From Octopus vulgaris (lineage: Eukaryota), in contig OX597838.1 in NCBI GenBank assembly GCA_951406725.2, positions 42,966,001 to 43,030,000 on the forward strand: a DNA stretch of 64,000 nucleotides, in the 5' to 3' direction. Below, piece by piece: positions 61,617 through 64,000 of the stretch; the stretch's first letter is position 1; each line of letters begins with the position of its first letter. Both the position numbers and the translations under genes were made by a program. The notes beneath the pieces are model-generated. The model saw only the letters and a list, made by a program, of their open reading frames with translations. It was not told where the DNA came from and searched no databases.

Positions 61617-63925
61617 TATTTCATTTCATTTCATTTGGGTTTGAGTCCATGCTCAGGCCAAGTCGAAGACTCCACCCTCAGAGTCTGGTGTGGTTGCCAG
61701 GTTGTATTCTCTGCTTAAATTTGACATGTGTAGGAGCGAGTTTGAGTCAGTTTGTGCTCGTTGTGTATATCCTGGGAGATGGGGTTCATCTCTAATGGTG
61801 CTTAAGTATCTATCCAGTTGCAATTTGAATGATTCCACACTGCATCCTGATAGATTTCTGACATGTACCGGAATGGAGTTGAACAGTTGTGCTCCTCGAA
61901 CCAACAGACTTGATTCTCGCAGGGTTTTTGCTGCCTGGCCAGCCTTTTTGTTGATTGGTGGCAGCTGGCAGCGTCTTCCGTGGCGCAGTGAGTGGTAGGT
62001 TTTGATACCAAAGTTTGGCACCTTCTGCTCTATCATTTTCCAAATGTATATAATTCGGTATCGCTCAAATCTTCTTTCTATTGAGTACATCCTCAAGGTT
62101 TTGAGTCTTTGCCAATAGTCCAGGTCCCTCGTTTCTGAGAAGTATGAGGTAAAATTTCTTTGGAGCGATTCTATCTTAGATAGTTGGCCCTTTGTTGTTG
62201 GTGACCACAACTGAGAACAGTAGTCAATCCTCGGAAGTATCATACTGTTCCAGAGGGTTTTCATTGTTGAGGTATCTCTTGATTTGAAGGTGCGCAAGAT
62301 CCACCCGCTGTACTTTCTTGCAGTAAGACAGACTGAGTCAAGGTGTTCTCTGAATTTTAGGTTGGTTCCCATGTGGATGCCTAAATCTTTCACATACTGT
62401 TTTTCCATTATTTGTTGTCCTGATGGGTTTCTGTAGTTTGTTGTATTTTTCAGATCTTGATCTGTTCTGTAGCGAATTAGTTCAAACTTCTTATCATTGA
62501 ACAACATGTTGTTTGTTTCCTGCCATTTATATATGGTGGTCAGGTCCTTTTGTAAGGCCTCTGTATCCACCTCGTCTTTGATTTGTCTCATGACCCTGGT
62601 GTCATCAGCAAAGGATGAGACGTTGCTGGTTGTATCTTCATCTATGTCAGAGATGAGGATGAGAAACAGGATTGGGCCGAGTACTGTACCCTGAGGAACA
62701 CTGCTGGTCACAGGTGATGGTGTTGAATGGGTTCCATTCACAGTGACTGTTTGAGTTCTATTTGTAAGGAACTCGTGTATCCATGTACCAACTTTTCCTC
62801 CTACTCCTAGCTTTCGAAGTTTGTGACCCAGGATGCCATGATCTACCTTGTCAAATGCCTTGGCAAAGTCGAGGTAGATAACATCTGTGTTGTATCCATT
62901 CTCTAGATTTTCTAGGATTTGGTCATGGTGTGCCAGTAGTTGGGAAAGGCATGATCTACCTAACCTGAATCCATGCTGGTTGCAATTCATCAGATTGTTG
63001 GATTCCAGGAACTCAACCAGTTTTCCACGAACTATTCTTTCGAAGACCTTGATAATGTGTGATGTCAGTGAGATTGGTCGGTAGTTCTTTGGTTTTGATT
63101 TGCTATCCCCTTTATGTATTGGAGTTATGTGTGCTTCTTTATATGTATTTGGTATTTTGCCATTCTCCATAGATTCCCTCCATATCATGTAAAGGGGTTT
63201 CGACAATTGTGCCTTGCAGTTTTTAAGTATCATGGCATTGAAACCGTCAGGCCCCGCAGCCGAGTGCATGGAGAGCTTGTCTATTGCTCTTGCTATGTCT
63301 TCTGGGTTGAAATCAATGTCGGATAGGGTAGGTTTAGTATGGTCGATATCCTTGAAGAATTTTCCTGGGTCATGGATCTTCATGGTTTTAGATGGCTCAC
63401 TGAAGACACTTTCATACTGTTGACCCAACATTTCTGCCATTTCAATAGGGTTATTCACTACATCCCCATTTTGTCTCTGGAGAGGTCCTATTTTTGACTT
63501 GGTGTTCGAGTATTTCTTTGCAAAACTGTAGAAACATTTTGGATTTTTCTTGATGTTTTCTATGGCTTTCTTTTCTGCATTGTTACGTTCTTCATCATAG
63601 TGTTGTTTTAGATTGTCTTCTAATCTGTATATTTGGTCAAGGACTTTCTGTAATTCATGTTTTGATGTCAGCTTAGATGTTTTGTTTCTTAGTCTTGACC
63701 TTTTGCGCATCAGGATCTTTCGCTCCCGTGGTACAGGTTTTTTTGTGGACTTGGTTTTCTTTAGAGGAACATTTTTTTCACATATTTCTTCGATCTTGTT
63801 TAAGAATTTCTTGTGTTTATCTGGCCCAGTAAGGTAGAGATCCCAGTCAATGATTTGTAACTGGTTGTTAATAGTTTCCCAATTTGCCTGGTGATAATCA
63901 TACCTGCATAGCTTTGGCATGTCCT
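61617..63925 (-). mobile_element. CR1-group (CR1/L2/Crack-like) LINE, 5'-truncated, with (AAATG)n tail
   Basis: Contains the 755-aa RT ORF. A very short 3' UTR is followed by (AAATG)3 at ~61619-61636. Composition changes abruptly to AT-rich flank at ~63925. Confidence 0.9.
61653..63920 (-). CDS. Uninterrupted non-LTR retrotransposon reverse transcriptase ORF (endonuclease domain missing)
   Basis: AAGPDGF, NYRPISLTS, QHGFR.GRSC, YLDFAKAFDKVDH, VPQGTVLGPILF, FADDT, KDLGI, DYCSQLWSP and LDYWQRL motifs; no stop in 755 codons. Confidence 0.93.
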   Translation of the reverse strand: MPKLCRYDYHQANWETINNQLQIIDWDLYLTGPDKHKKFLNKIEEICEKNVPLKKTKSTKKPVPRERKILMRKRSRLRNKTSKLTSKHELQKVLDQIYRLEDNLKQHYDEERNNAEKKAIENIKKNPKCFYSFAKKYSNTKSKIGPLQRQNGDVVNNPIEMAEMLGQQYESVFSEPSKTMKIHDPGKFFKDIDHTKPTLSDIDFNPEDIARAIDKLSMHSAAGPDGFNAMILKNCKAQLSKPLYMIWRESMENGKIPNTYKEAHITPIHKGDSKSKPKNYRPISLTSHIIKVFERIVRGKLVEFLESNNLMNCNQHGFRLGRSCLSQLLAHHDQILENLENGYNTDVIYLDFAKAFDKVDHGILGHKLRKLGVGGKVGTWIHEFLTNRTQTVTVNGTHSTPSPVTSSVPQGTVLGPILFLILISDIDEDTTSNVSSFADDTRVMRQIKDEVDTEALQKDLTTIYKWQETNNMLFNDKKFELIRYRTDQDLKNTTNYRNPSGQQIMEKQYVKDLGIHMGTNLKFREHLDSVCLTARKYSGWILRTFKSRDTSTMKTLWNSMILPRIDYCSQLWSPTTKGQLSKIESLQRNFTSYFSETRDLDYWQRLKTLRMYSIERRFERYRIIYIWKMIEQKVPNFGIKTYHSLRHGRRCQLPPINKKAGQAAKTLRESSLLVRGAQLFNSIPVHVRNLSGCSVESFKLQLDRYLSTIRDEPHLPGYTQRAQTDSNSLLHMSNLSREYNLATTPDSEGGVFDLA

Positions 63926-64000
63926 TTTATTATTTCCTAATAATATTTAACCATCAAAATATAATAGGGTCTTTTTTATACATCGAATGGCTACAGGGGT

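Noticed and set aside
61591-63955. Target-site duplication for the CR1-group LINE (atattt(t)aaccat on both sides)
   Set aside because: The repeats are offset by 15-20 nt from the apparent element ends and are AT-rich, so a TSD cannot be assigned confidently.

Overview
AT-rich, repeat-dense eukaryotic DNA. It is most likely an octopus or other coleoid cephalopod, inferred from the tRNA-derived SINE families, the RTE LINEs with (GAT)n tails and the dense microsatellites. The only host coding sequence I can support is the terminal exon of an SLC45 (SLC45A3/prostein-like) MFS sugar transporter on the minus strand (40182-39886); everything to its right is probably one intron of more than 23 kb. 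The rest is repeats: a ~13.1 kb satellite of 53/54-bp monomers with two higher-order domains, several decayed RTE LINEs, a 5'-truncated CR1-group LINE with a 755-aa uninterrupted RT ORF, a deleted hAT transposon, a decayed mariner, a Penelope GIY-YIG fragment, many SINEs, and a Helitron inserted in inverted orientation into the 5' terminus of a related Helitron. The most notable signal is a set of short non-coding insertions, unrelated in sequence, that each carry a type I hammerhead-ribozyme core and usually an inverted terminal duplication. They include a perfect 132-bp palindrome encoding a hammerhead on both strands and a tRNA-headed element fused to a hammerhead core. All folds and alignments were done by eye; no searches were run.
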